NCBI GenBank assembly: GCA_963728405.1
Contig: CAVSJV010000002.1
Span: 32,001-96,000 of the forward strand
From: Methanomassiliicoccaceae archaeon
GTDB lineage: Archaea > Thermoplasmatota > Thermoplasmata > Methanomassiliicoccales > Methanomassiliicoccaceae
DNA: 64,000 nucleotides
Reading direction: 5' to 3'
Below are positions 39,128 to 48,948 of the stretch, in pieces. Position 1 is the stretch's first letter. Every line of letters begins with the position of its first letter. Position numbers and translations under genes: made by a program. Under the pieces are notes generated by a model. That model saw nothing but the letters and a program-made list of their open reading frames with translations. It was not told the origin of the DNA and searched no databases.

Positions 39128-41455
39128 ATGAAAATGGCCCGCGGTCGATTCCTCCCCGTAATGATATGTCTGATGGTACTATTGAGCTCCCTGGGTTCCC
39201 TGGCCCTACCAGGTGGCCAGGCCATGCTTACCTCTCCGCCCCCTCCATCCCTCCAACCCATCGCTATATACGACGAAAGCGACCTCCAGTCGATGGCCCT
39301 GGTCGAGGATTGCTACGGGTCCGGTTCATCCGTCGACCCGTATGTGCTGGAAAACCGGACCATCGCCTGGGACAGCGCGGGAGCGGCCATCTATATCGCC
39401 AATACGACATCCCACCTGCTGATACGTAACTGTACCCTGACCGGTGCGCCAGTATCGATCATGCCCTACTCCTATGGTGTCCAGATCACCAACTCCTCTA
39501 ACGTTAGGATCGATCGCTGTTCCATTCAGAACTTTAACGGACAAATCTTGGTCGGAACCGACGGCCAGGTCGGAGGTTGTGAGGATATCACCATCTCTAA
39601 CTGCTCCCTCTTCGGCCCAAGCAGCAATTTGGGGGGTACTGTCATCGACCTGAAGACCGTCTCTAACGCGGTAGTGGAAGACAACCTGGTGACCGGGGGA
39701 TATACTGGCATCAATCTGTTCAATGTCGCAGACTGCCGGGTGAGCGGCAACAACATCTCCTATAATAACGGCAATGGCCTCTTCCTTTCCAGTACCAGCG
39801 CCCACAACATCATCGAGGGCAACCTGATCGCTAGCAACGGGCTCGGTGGGCTGAGCGGAGCGGTAATGGCCGTGGAGGGCTCGAACAACCTGTTCTACGG
39901 CAACGCCTTTGTGTCATGGTCAAGAACTGACCCCTACTATGCCCCCGTCTCCCTGATGACGAACAACCATAATCTCTGGAACTCTACCGAGGGAGTGGGC
40001 AACTACTGGGGCAATCAGTGGGACAGCACGCTCGGCGGTAACGAGAGCTTCATCGGCCACTCCGTGGACTGGAATGGCCAGGTCCTGCAGCAGCATGTGA
40101 TCGGTTCTTGGATCAATGAGATCGATCATCATCCCTGCCGCTACATCATCGACGCTCCGGCCATCGCCCCGCCAGTTATTACTGCGGGCGAAGTGACCAT
40201 CTCTTGGTCCGCGCCAAGTTACACCCTCGGTCCAGTCATATCCTCATATGTGGTCGTACGCAGCGATGGAGTGAGATTTTCGGTCGCTGCCAACGCCCTA
40301 TCCTATGTCGACGGCATGACCGGTGAGTGGTCGTCCTATAGCTACGCCGTACAGGCCCAGAACGCCTGGGGGGCCGGTGGGGTCGGAACATCCTCCATCG
40401 CCCAGAACATGGAGAGGCCAAGCTTGTCCATCATCTCGGCCCTGAACAACACCTGGGACGCCTGGACCGATGTGACCAACCCCTATGCCATCAGTCCCAA
40501 GAACATACTGGTGGAGTGGAGGGGCTACGATTCCAACTCGGCCTTGCCTCTCCAAGAGCTCTCCCACTACTGGGTGACCTTGGACAACTCCACCTGGCTA
40601 GATGTGGGGCCGGCGACCAATTACACATTTGATAAGATCGTCGAGGGGAAGCACGCCGTCCAGGTCAAAGGACAGGATGCGGACGGGAACATCGTCCTCG
40701 CCGAGAAGGCCTTCTCCGTCTATCGCCTCCTCGAGGTATCCATGGACTTGGACGCGATAAAGGCCACCCTGGGCTCGGACGTGACCGCATCGGTGACCGT
40801 CATTGACTATGCCACCGGTCAGCCCCTGTCGCAAGTTGCGGTCGACTTTTACCAGTCCGTCGACGGCGGCATGACCTACGGAACGAACAAGTTCGCCTCC
40901 GGCAGCACCGACAACGGTGGAAAGGTCACCGTGAGCTTCATCCCGGCGTCCACCTCCAATTATGTGATCCAAGCTCGGGCCGCTATGGGGAACGTCATGG
41001 GGGTCTCCACGAGGCAATATGTCGCCAACGTTTCCCTGACCGTTGCCCCGTACGAAGGCAAGAACGCCTTTTCCGTGCTCTCTACCTCAATGGTGACCGA
41101 TCTATCCTTCGATTCCATCACCAAGGTCCTGCGGTTCACGGTCAGCGGACCTACCGGAACGACCGGGGAAACGAAAGTGTCGATCGCCAAGTCCCTGGTG
41201 GCCGATGGCCATAGCGTCAACGTGAGCCTGGACCAGAACGCCGTCGAGTACACCGTTACCTCAATGGGCGATTACTGGGTGCTCACCTTCACCTATCATC
41301 ATTCCACCCACGCGATCGCGGTAGGGATGCCGACCCTCGGCACCCAGGCCCCCGGAGGGGTTCTGGGTCTGGATCCCCTGCTGCTGGTCGGCCTCATTAG
41401 CGTGGTCGTGGTGGTCCTGGTGGGTGTATTCCTGGTGCGTCGCCGCAAGACCTGA
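39128..41455 (+). CDS. cell-surface protein: NosD/parallel beta-helix, FN3/Ig-like domains and C-terminal TM anchor
   Basis: Signal peptide; GSGSSVDPYVLEN; Asn-rich beta-helix; GNYWG; ISWSAP...YAVQAQN; TM followed by RRRK. Confidence 0.85.
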   Translation: MKMARGRFLPVMICLMVLLSSLGSLALPGGQAMLTSPPPPSLQPIAIYDESDLQSMALVEDCYGSGSSVDPYVLENRTIAWDSAGAAIYIANTTSHLLIRNCTLTGAPVSIMPYSYGVQITNSSNVRIDRCSIQNFNGQILVGTDGQVGGCEDITISNCSLFGPSSNLGGTVIDLKTVSNAVVEDNLVTGGYTGINLFNVADCRVSGNNISYNNGNGLFLSSTSAHNIIEGNLIASNGLGGLSGAVMAVEGSNNLFYGNAFVSWSRTDPYYAPVSLMTNNHNLWNSTEGVGNYWGNQWDSTLGGNESFIGHSVDWNGQVLQQHVIGSWINEIDHHPCRYIIDAPAIAPPVITAGEVTISWSAPSYTLGPVISSYVVVRSDGVRFSVAANALSYVDGMTGEWSSYSYAVQAQNAWGAGGVGTSSIAQNMERPSLSIISALNNTWDAWTDVTNPYAISPKNILVEWRGYDSNSALPLQELSHYWVTLDNSTWLDVGPATNYTFDKIVEGKHAVQVKGQDADGNIVLAEKAFSVYRLLEVSMDLDAIKATLGSDVTASVTVIDYATGQPLSQVAVDFYQSVDGGMTYGTNKFASGSTDNGGKVTVSFIPASTSNYVIQARAAMGNVMGVSTRQYVANVSLTVAPYEGKNAFSVLSTSMVTDLSFDSITKVLRFTVSGPTGTTGETKVSIAKSLVADGHSVNVSLDQNAVEYTVTSMGDYWVLTFTYHHSTHAIAVGMPTLGTQAPGGVLGLDPLLLVGLISVVVVVLVGVFLVRRRKT

Positions 41456-41465
41456 GCGCCAAAAC

Positions 41466-41492
41466 CTCTTTACTTCCTCTTTTATTTTTTTC
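41466..41492 (+). terminator. archaeal U-rich terminator
   Basis: Long T/pyrimidine tract right after the surface-protein stop codon. Confidence 0.55.
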
Positions 41493-41532
41493 ATGACAAT
41501 CTTTTTTAACAGCGTCACCCAATCATGTGGCG

Positions 41533-41766
41533 ATGGCCGACCTTCGGACCTGCTCCCATTGTGGCAAGAACTTCAAGCCAAGATTCTTCTTGGCCATCAA
41601 GCTGGGCACCAAGCGATTGGAGCGTTGCCCCCACTGCCACAAGCTGACCGATGTTTACGCTCCTCCCAAGGTGGAGGAGAAGCAGGAGCACCGGGAGATG
41701 GCCGTAAATACGGACGAGGCCCTAAGGCGCCGGATCGAGGAGAGTCGATTGGAGGAGAGCCGATGA
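41533..41766 (+). CDS. small zinc-ribbon protein
   Basis: CSHC...CPHC; ATGA overlap with the ABC ATPase gene. Confidence 0.75.
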   Translation: MADLRTCSHCGKNFKPRFFLAIKLGTKRLERCPHCHKLTDVYAPPKVEEKQEHREMAVNTDEALRRRIEESRLEESR

Positions 41767-42686
41767 TCGAGGCCCGGAACCTGACCCGCAAGTTCGGCGG
41801 GGCGACCGCAGTGGACTCCCTGGATCTGACCATAAATGATGGGGAGGTCTTCGGCTTCATCGGTCCTAACGGCGCCGGTAAGACCACCACCATCCGCATG
41901 ATGACCTGCCTTATCTCTCCGACCAGTGGGTCGGTCCTGATCAACGGGCTGGACGTCAACCGCCCCGATGAGGCTCTGCAGATCCGTTCGAAGATCGGCT
42001 TCCTGCCCGAGGTCCCCGGCCTATACGAGACATTGTCCGCATACAAGAACCTCGACTTCTATGCCGCTCTCTACGACGTGCCGGCCGATAAGCGGGAAAG
42101 GCGCATCAAGGAGCTACTGGAAACCCTGGGCATCTGGAACCGCAAGGACGACATCGTGGGCAAGTTCTCCAAGGGCATGAAGCAGAAGATCGCCATAGCC
42201 CGTGCCCTGGTCCATGAACCCGAGTTCCTGTTCCTGGACGAGCCGACCTCTGGCCTGGACCCCGAGGCGTCCCTTACCGTCCGCACTTTCCTGCTGGAAC
42301 TGAAGAAGGAAGGGCGGACCATCTTCATCAATACTCATAACCTCGACGATGCCGAACGGCTCTGCGACACGATCGGAGTGATGAAGACCCGCCTGCTCGC
42401 GACCGGATCCCCGGCCGAGCTGTCTCGCATGTTCTGGGGACACACCACCGTGATTCATTTGCGTTCCTCATCCGCGGCCCTGGTCGCAGCTGTCAGGGAC
42501 GTGAGCGGCGTTACCGCCGTGCAGGAGTTCGAGGGCAAGTTGCTCATCGATGTCACCGACCCGGAATCGGTCAATCCTGAGATAATCAAGTGCCTCTTAA
42601 AGAATGGAGCTCAGATCGTCTTCGTTAACGAGCTCAAGCGTGGTCTCGAGGACGTCTACCTTCGCCTGCTGGGGGGAAAACAATGA
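41763..42686 (+). CDS. ABC transporter ATP-binding protein
   Basis: GPNGAGKTT, FSKGMKQK, FLDEPT. Confidence 0.93.
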   Translation: MIEARNLTRKFGGATAVDSLDLTINDGEVFGFIGPNGAGKTTTIRMMTCLISPTSGSVLINGLDVNRPDEALQIRSKIGFLPEVPGLYETLSAYKNLDFYAALYDVPADKRERRIKELLETLGIWNRKDDIVGKFSKGMKQKIAIARALVHEPEFLFLDEPTSGLDPEASLTVRTFLLELKKEGRTIFINTHNLDDAERLCDTIGVMKTRLLATGSPAELSRMFWGHTTVIHLRSSSAALVAAVRDVSGVTAVQEFEGKLLIDVTDPESVNPEIIKCLLKNGAQIVFVNELKRGLEDVYLRLLGGKQ

Positions 42687-43708
42687 GGTTCGATAAGATC
42701 TGGATCGTGGCCAAGAAGGACCTCGCCGAGTTCAGGACAAACAAGTACGTCATGTACTCCATCCTGCTGATGCCCCTGCTATTGTCGATCGTTCTGCCGA
42801 CTATCTATCTCGCTCCTTTCAGCTCGTTGGTCTCCAACAATCAGCCGCTGGATGTGGGGCATTCTCTGAACATGACGGTCATCGATGACCAGACCCTTTC
42901 CAATGGGACCTACACCAATACGACGTTCAACTATTGCGACCTCACGGACATCGTCGCCATCAACTGCCGGTTCGAGGGTTCTAACGTCATCAACTCTCTG
43001 GTCCGTGACTCGTACATGGGGAACTCGACCCTCAACGGTTCGGCCCTTTTCCACTCGAACTACTGGAATGTCAATTACGTCGGCTCTACGGTATCGAACT
43101 CTATCGACATCAGTGGACAGTCCAGCGATCAGGCCTTTCTGCTGCAGTTCATCAACTTCCTGCTCATCTTCTTCATCATGATCCCGGTCATCCTGCCCAC
43201 GGTCATGGCTTCCTATTCGTTCGTGGGAGAGAAGCTCAACAGGAGCCTAGAACCCCTGCTGGCCACCCCGACCACTGACTCGGATCTGCTGGCCGGCAAG
43301 GCGTTGTCCATCTTCCTGCCCTGCATGGTGATGACCTGGCTATCGTTCATTCCGTTCGTGGCCATCGTCGACCTGTTCACCACCAAGCCCTTGGGTTATG
43401 CGCCTCTTCCTGACGCTACCTGGCTGATCGGGGTCTTCCTTATCGCCCCCTTGTTCTGTGTGATGAGCATCGCTCTCAATGTTGTGGTCTCCTCGCGGGT
43501 GAGCGATGTCCGCGCCTCCCAACAGATCGGCTCGCTCGTCGTCCTGCCGGTGGTGGTGTTCTTCGTGGTCGCCTTGGCGGGGTTCTTCACCCTCGGTCCG
43601 GAGGTGATGCTGCTTATGGCTGGCATCATCCTATTGGCCGACCTGGGGATCGCCTTCCTCTCTCTGAAGACCTTCCAGCGGGAGCAGATCCTGATACGCT
43701 GGAAGTGA
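42683..43708 (+). CDS. ABC-2 permease with an Asn/Ser-rich extracellular insert
   Basis: SFVGEK...SLEPLLATP...LLAGK motif; about 90-aa repeat-like loop after TM1. Confidence 0.88.
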   Translation: MRFDKIWIVAKKDLAEFRTNKYVMYSILLMPLLLSIVLPTIYLAPFSSLVSNNQPLDVGHSLNMTVIDDQTLSNGTYTNTTFNYCDLTDIVAINCRFEGSNVINSLVRDSYMGNSTLNGSALFHSNYWNVNYVGSTVSNSIDISGQSSDQAFLLQFINFLLIFFIMIPVILPTVMASYSFVGEKLNRSLEPLLATPTTDSDLLAGKALSIFLPCMVMTWLSFIPFVAIVDLFTTKPLGYAPLPDATWLIGVFLIAPLFCVMSIALNVVVSSRVSDVRASQQIGSLVVLPVVVFFVVALAGFFTLGPEVMLLMAGIILLADLGIAFLSLKTFQREQILIRWK

Positions 43709-43786
43709 AACCTTTCCCTTTTGGGTTTGGATTGCGCTGATAGATTTAAATGACCGGCGATGAAAAACACATAACAAGGGTTCAAG

Positions 43787-44300
43787 GTGACCCAGGAACA
43801 AAGGCCGCACTGCACCTTCATCTACGACCAGGTCTCTCGCATTTCATCCCCGTCCTTCTCGGAGGCGGAGCATCGAGGTCGGCTGAAGGATCGCCTGTTC
43901 AGAGAAGGAAGCATCCTCTCCAACCTGTTCTCCGGGATGTTCAGGAGGCGGCACGACCGTCTCATCCAAGAGGCCGAGGCATGGATCCACCGAGAGCCGG
44001 GTTCGATGTCGGTGACTTGGTACAGGTCCGTCCGATCAACGAGATACGGGTGACCCTTGACGGTAGTGGGGTTGTCGAGGTCTCAGCTTCATGCCGTAGA
44101 TGGAACAGTACTGTGGTCGTCGACTCCGAGCGCATAAGCGGGTCCAGCGGATCATGATGGGGTCCACCGGAGAGCTGCGAAGACCATCCATGCCCAGGCG
44201 ATATTGGAAGGAGCTAGCCGCGATAGCTCGGCCCATCAGGGCTGTGATAGGTGCTGCCCCTGCTTCTGGCGGGAGCAATGGCTCAAGCGGGTCCCTTTAG
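43787..44300 (+). pseudogene. degraded gene of a Cys-rich conserved hypothetical family
   Basis: Pieces in different frames: GDLVQVRPINEIRVTLD / CRGLSFMP*MEQYCGRR..KRV / ILEG...HQGCDRCC..FWREQWLKRV; internal TAG at 44097 plus several frameshifts. Confidence 0.6.
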
Positions 44301-44311
44301 GCTCGGGAGTG

Positions 44312-44347
44312 AAAAAGAAAGAGAAAGGGGGGCCAAGAGACCCCCCC
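44312..44347 (-). terminator. hairpin plus U-rich terminator
   Basis: GGGGGG-TCTCTTGG-CCCCCC followed by TTTCTCTTTCTTTTT on the minus strand, just after the permease stop. Confidence 0.6.
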
Positions 44348-44353
44348 AGGTGT

Positions 44354-45454
44354 TCAGCTCTGCTTCCAAGTGGAGATGGCCACGCCCACTCCCATGAACA
44401 CTGCAGTCAGCACCCCCAGGATGATCAGGTTGTTGAGGGCGCCGCTATTGTTGGCGTAGATCATGGCATCCCGAAGACCGTTGTTCACATAGGTCAGGGG
44501 CATGACCTTGGCAATGACCTGCAGGTAGGTTGGCATCGATTCCAGCGGGAAGAACGATCCCGCCAGGAACATCATGGGGAAGGTGATGGCCCCGGCCGCC
44601 GCACCGGCGGTCTCCTCTTCCTTGACGAATCGGGCGATGATCAGGCCTAGGGCCGAGAACATCGCGCTGGCCAGTATGATGATGCCTATCGAGATGGCGT
44701 CGAGGGTCAGATGGACGTTGAAGGCCAGGTTCCCGACGACCAGGATGATGCCCACTGACAGGAAGACGGTGATGATCTGCCAAAGGATCAGGGAGATGAG
44801 CCACTCCGCCTGAGTGATGGGTGTGGTCGCCAGTTTCTTGAATATGCCGTTCTCCCGGTACCGGGTCTGCAGACCGACCATCCAATTCACCGTGGTGGTC
44901 ATGGCGGTGAGGCCGATGACGCCGGGCAGGAAGAAGTCGATATAGTTGAACTGGTTGTTGTTGGCGATCCCCTGGAACTCGGTATTTACCACCATGGTCC
45001 CGTTGGCCAGGTAGAGATTGGTGCCCTGAGTGATGGCCGTTACGGCGGTTGCCACGGTCAACGACGAGCCGCTGGAATTGTCCAGACGCAGCTCGACGGT
45101 CACGTTCTGCCTGTACGGTTCGGGAGCGAAGGCGTTCTGGAAGTCCTTCGGTATGATGAGGAACGACGCGATAGAATTATCTTTGATGTACTGGGTCGCG
45201 GATACGTTCGGGTCGACATCGACGATTTTGAGCACCTTGGTGTCCGTAAGGGCCTGAATGAACTCATGGGAGGCCGCTGTATTGTCCATGTCCTGCACGT
45301 ACAGGTTGTAAGTGGTCGTCCCGCTGCCACTGAAGATCGCCCCGAACAAGAGGATCAGGAGCACTGGAAAGGCCACGGTCCAGAAGACCGCTCCCGGGCT
45401 GCGGAAGAACATCTTGGCGGTGGCGATGAAGTTGATCAGTATCCGATTGGCCAT
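44354..45454 (-). CDS. ABC-2 permease
   Basis: FWTVAFP, YIDFFLPG, KKLATTP, GSFFP...MPLTY. Confidence 0.9.
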   Translation of the reverse strand: MANRILINFIATAKMFFRSPGAVFWTVAFPVLLILLFGAIFSGSGTTTYNLYVQDMDNTAASHEFIQALTDTKVLKIVDVDPNVSATQYIKDNSIASFLIIPKDFQNAFAPEPYRQNVTVELRLDNSSGSSLTVATAVTAITQGTNLYLANGTMVVNTEFQGIANNNQFNYIDFFLPGVIGLTAMTTTVNWMVGLQTRYRENGIFKKLATTPITQAEWLISLILWQIITVFLSVGIILVVGNLAFNVHLTLDAISIGIIILASAMFSALGLIIARFVKEEETAGAAAGAITFPMMFLAGSFFPLESMPTYLQVIAKVMPLTYVNNGLRDAMIYANNSGALNNLIILGVLTAVFMGVGVAISTWKQS

Positions 45455-45456
45455 TA

Positions 45457-46389
45457 TCAGCACGCCCCTGCTTCCTCGCCGTCCGCCAACCGCTTGCCGG
45501 TCAGGGAAAGGAACACATCCTCCAGCGTCGCCCTTCTCAGTTGGATCTCATCATAGTACACATCGCCTTTCTCCAGGCGCAGGACCGCTTCGGGCAGAAC
45601 TTCCTTACGGTCGAGACGCACTACGACATCGATGCCCCTCAGCTCCACTTGAGGGGAGATGCCCTTGAGCTGCTCGTAGGCCTTGGAGTTGCCGCCCCGC
45701 ACCCACATTGAGGTTCCGGAACCGTACTTGTCAATGATCTCCCGGGGGGAACCAAGAGCGATGAATTTGCCGCTGTTCATGATGGCTACGCGGTCCGAGA
45801 GCACTTCGGCCTCTTCCATGTAGTGGGTGGTGAGGATGACCGTCTTCCCTTTGGTCTTGAGGCCTTTGACGACATCCCAGACCTCTCGTCGGGCCTTGGG
45901 ATCGAGCCCCGTGGTCGGCTCGTCCAGGAAGATGATGTCTGGGTCGTTGACCATGGAGATGGCCACCCCGACCCTTTGCTTCAGCCCTCCGGACAAGTTC
46001 TTGAAGTAAACGTCCCGCTTATCTTCCAGGTTGACCAGTTTGATCAACGTTTCGGCATCCAGGCGATGGCTGAACATTCCGCCAAAGTAATCGATGTTCT
46101 CCTTAACGGTCAGCAGATCGAAGGCGTTGAAGTCCTGAGGAAGGACCCCTACTTTCTTTTTGATATCGCGTACCTGACCCTCAATGTTCAGGCCCAGTAT
46201 GGTCACCTCCCCGGAGGTCTTGGTCTTCAGACACTCGATGATCTCCACCGTGGTGGTCTTCCCTGCACCATTGGGGCCCAGGATGGAGAACACTTCCCCT
46301 TTGTGGACCTCGAAGTCTATACCATCCACCGCGGTGAAGTCCCCGTACTTTTTGACGAGCTTGTTGACAGTGATGACATTCTCAGCCAT
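45457..46389 (-). CDS. ABC transporter ATP-binding protein
   Basis: GPNGAGKTT, LSGGLKQR, FLDEPT, TTHY. Confidence 0.93.
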   Translation of the reverse strand: MAENVITVNKLVKKYGDFTAVDGIDFEVHKGEVFSILGPNGAGKTTTVEIIECLKTKTSGEVTILGLNIEGQVRDIKKKVGVLPQDFNAFDLLTVKENIDYFGGMFSHRLDAETLIKLVNLEDKRDVYFKNLSGGLKQRVGVAISMVNDPDIIFLDEPTTGLDPKARREVWDVVKGLKTKGKTVILTTHYMEEAEVLSDRVAIMNSGKFIALGSPREIIDKYGSGTSMWVRGGNSKAYEQLKGISPQVELRGIDVVVRLDRKEVLPEAVLRLEKGDVYYDEIQLRRATLEDVFLSLTGKRLADGEEAGAC

Positions 46390-46509
46390 TTTTAGAACCA
46401 AGAACAAAATGATATGCGCTGTATAAAAACGATTTCAAAGTCGGCCACCCCCGTAGACCGGCAAAATGAATAAGGTCAGGGGCAATTCCCGGCTGGGCAA
46501 GGTGTTTCG

Positions 46510-47233
46510 GTGTCATCGTTAAGATATGACAGACAGGTAAGTCTTCCGGGGTTCGGGGAGGAAGGTCAGGAGCGGCTCCGCCAAAGCACGGTGGGCATCA
46601 TGGGGATCGGAGGTCTGGGAAGTCCCGCCGCCTATTATCTTGCCGCGGCAGGGGTCGGTCGACTGATCTTGGCCGATCCTCAGGGGCCTGACCTTACCAA
46701 TCTGAATCGCCAGCTCCTGCACTGGGAGGAGGACGTCGGCCGGGGGAGCAAACCTCGATCAGCGGCCTGGAAGCTGGAGCGGTTCAACTCCGAGATCGAG
46801 GATCATTGCCCGGACCGAGGAGGTCACTCCCGAGAACATTGGAGTGGTGTTCAAGGGCGCGGACGTCATCCTGGACTGCCTGGACGGATTCCCGGCCCGT
46901 TACGTTCTCAACGACCACTCCATCTCCGCGGGTATCCCTTTCATCCACGCGGCCGTAGAGGGGATGCACGGTCAGGTCACCACCATCGTGCCCGAACAGA
47001 CCCCCTGCTTGCGATGCCTGTTCCCCCGGGCCCCGACGATGCAGGGGGCCTTCCCCATCCTGGGGGCCACCGCCGGCGTGTTCGGTTCCCTACAGGCGGC
47101 CGAGGCGGTCAAACTGCTGACCGGAGTGGGAGAACCGTTATGCTCGAAGCTGCTGGTCGGCGACCTGCAGTTCAACAGCTGGGAAATGATCGAGGTGGCC
47201 CGGGCGGATACATGCCCCGCGTGTAAAAAATAG
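46510..47233 (+). CDS. ThiF/MoeB/HesA family adenylyltransferase, frameshift near 46800
   Basis: RYDRQ, GIGGLG, NLNRQ; then DCLD, CLRC and CPAC in the second frame. Confidence 0.88.
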
Positions 47234-47249
47234 GGAAGGGGGAGGACGT

Positions 47250-47618
47250 TCAGTCCTCTAGGGGTTTGTAATCTATCAGGTTCTGCAGGCTCTTGACCCC
47301 GACCTTGACATGGTCGACGGCCTGCCCAAGGACCACGGCCCCGTCGGGGGTCAGGCGGTATATGCGCTTCCTGCCCACGGTCTCCTGAGATATGAGCCCT
47401 GACCGCTGCAGCTCCTGCAGAGCGGGATATATCGAACCAGGGCTAGGCCTCCAGGTGTGCTCGCTGAGGCGGTCGATCTCCTTCATGATAGCGTAGCCAT
47501 GCATCGGCCGCTCCGAGATCATCTTCATTATCGCCAGTTTCAGGAAACCCGAATGGAAACTGCTGAAGCTGAACGCATCCCTCATCTCCTCGCAAACCGC
47601 CTCTGTTATGTCAGCCAA
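47250..47618 (-). CDS. PadR family transcriptional regulator
   Basis: PMHGYAIM...PSPGSIYPAL...GLI...RKRIYRLT. Confidence 0.9.
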   Translation of the reverse strand: MADITEAVCEEMRDAFSFSSFHSGFLKLAIMKMISERPMHGYAIMKEIDRLSEHTWRPSPGSIYPALQELQRSGLISQETVGRKRIYRLTPDGAVVLGQAVDHVKVGVKSLQNLIDYKPLED

Positions 47619-47627
47619 TTTGATTCC

Positions 47628-48353
47628 TCATAGGAAATAGAACCGCATCCCGTGCTGGGCGCAGAGATTGGCCATGAGCTCCATGCGCTCGACCACCCCA
47701 CCGTAGCGCCTGGCCGGTCCCTTGCCCTCGCCCTCGAGCTTCTCCTTGAGCACCTTGCACTCGGCCGCCAGCTTCTTGGCGTCCTCGGGGGAGAGCTTCT
47801 CTCGGCTCTGGGCCAGCTCCGGTATGCGGGCCACAACGGTAAGGCCATGCTTCTTGGCGATCTCTGGCAACTGGGAGTTCTCCGGTCCGAAGGAGCCGAT
47901 GCAGCCCCGGCCCTTGTCCCACGACATGCCGCACTTGCCGCAGATGACGTTGGTCTCATCGAGCGGGACGGTGTCCCACTGGGTCATTAGGTTGTCTGGT
48001 CCCGCCTTCTTGATGATTTCCTCGACCTGAGGGGGGGAAAGGCTCGCCAGAACGACCCAACCCGTATAGACCTTCTTCGCCACTGGGCGCAGTTTTGCCA
48101 GGTCCTCATCCTTTTTGACCTTCTCCAGAAGGAAGCTCTCCTTCTCGCCGTCCAGGCGATTCCTCTTCAAGAACCCCTCCCAATCGGATGAGAACAACTT
48201 CTTGGCATCCTCGGTCTGTACCATCTCGTCATAATCCGCGCAGGCCTCGAAACCCTGAATCGAACCCAGGCGGGCCTTCAGGACAGTCTGCTTTCCAATC
48301 TTGCACATTGAGTTATTACTGTCCAGTTCACAAATAGCCATGCTGATTCCCAT
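47628..48353 (-). CDS. hypothetical Cys-containing protein
   Basis: Clean 241-aa ORF with host-like codon usage; CGKCGMSWDKGRGC. Confidence 0.75.
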   Translation of the reverse strand: MGISMAICELDSNNSMCKIGKQTVLKARLGSIQGFEACADYDEMVQTEDAKKLFSSDWEGFLKRNRLDGEKESFLLEKVKKDEDLAKLRPVAKKVYTGWVVLASLSPPQVEEIIKKAGPDNLMTQWDTVPLDETNVICGKCGMSWDKGRGCIGSFGPENSQLPEIAKKHGLTVVARIPELAQSREKLSPEDAKKLAAECKVLKEKLEGEGKGPARRYGGVVERMELMANLCAQHGMRFYFL

Positions 48354-48435
48354 GTTGTGCCCCCTTGTCGGGCCGTCTAGCTTCAGGATGGTATTTATCG
48401 TTTTTCTTGAGTTTCTTCGTTCTTGACCGGACCTT

Positions 48436-48933
48436 CTAGGGCTTTATGGTGGAACCTAATGTGCTCATCTCATTCACCGATGGCTGTCTGGACCGCAACC
48501 ATTCCTTTCGGTAAGAGAGCAGCTCGGCCAGGTAGTACAGCCCCTTGAGCGAGGCGGCCAGGATGAACAGCAGGACCAGACCGGTGAACGAGATGGACAA
48601 CCCGAACTGGTCGAACTCCAGGACCAGGTTCCCACCACGTGTGACGAACCAGATCCATAGGCAGACCAGCACCACCACGATCGTCCCGAAGATGAAGCGG
48701 GAGATGGAACCGCGGGGATAGAAGCCGCGGAAGAATGAAAGGACGGCGATCGGTATGCCGAATATCACCACGATGTTCATGACCTCTTCGAGGCCGATCT
48801 GTTTAGCTATGTCCTGACCGCCGGCCTGCACCAGCAGGGAGGATGCCCCTATCAGCAGGATGAGCGGGAGGAGGAGATATTTGATCCCTGACACCACCGA
48901 CGCGATGATGCCCTTTCCTACAGTTGCCATCAT
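48436..48933 (-). CDS. hypothetical membrane protein
   Basis: Four TM segments. Confidence 0.7.
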   Translation of the reverse strand: MMATVGKGIIASVVSGIKYLLLPLILLIGASSLLVQAGGQDIAKQIGLEEVMNIVVIFGIPIAVLSFFRGFYPRGSISRFIFGTIVVVLVCLWIWFVTRGGNLVLEFDQFGLSISFTGLVLLFILAASLKGLYYLAELLSYRKEWLRSRQPSVNEMSTLGSTIKP

Positions 48934-48948
48934 CCAGGGAGAACTCGC

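Noticed and set aside
44097-44099. In-frame TAG as a pyrrolysine codon
   Set aside because: It lies in a region with several frameshifts and is one substitution from GAG; consistent with decay.
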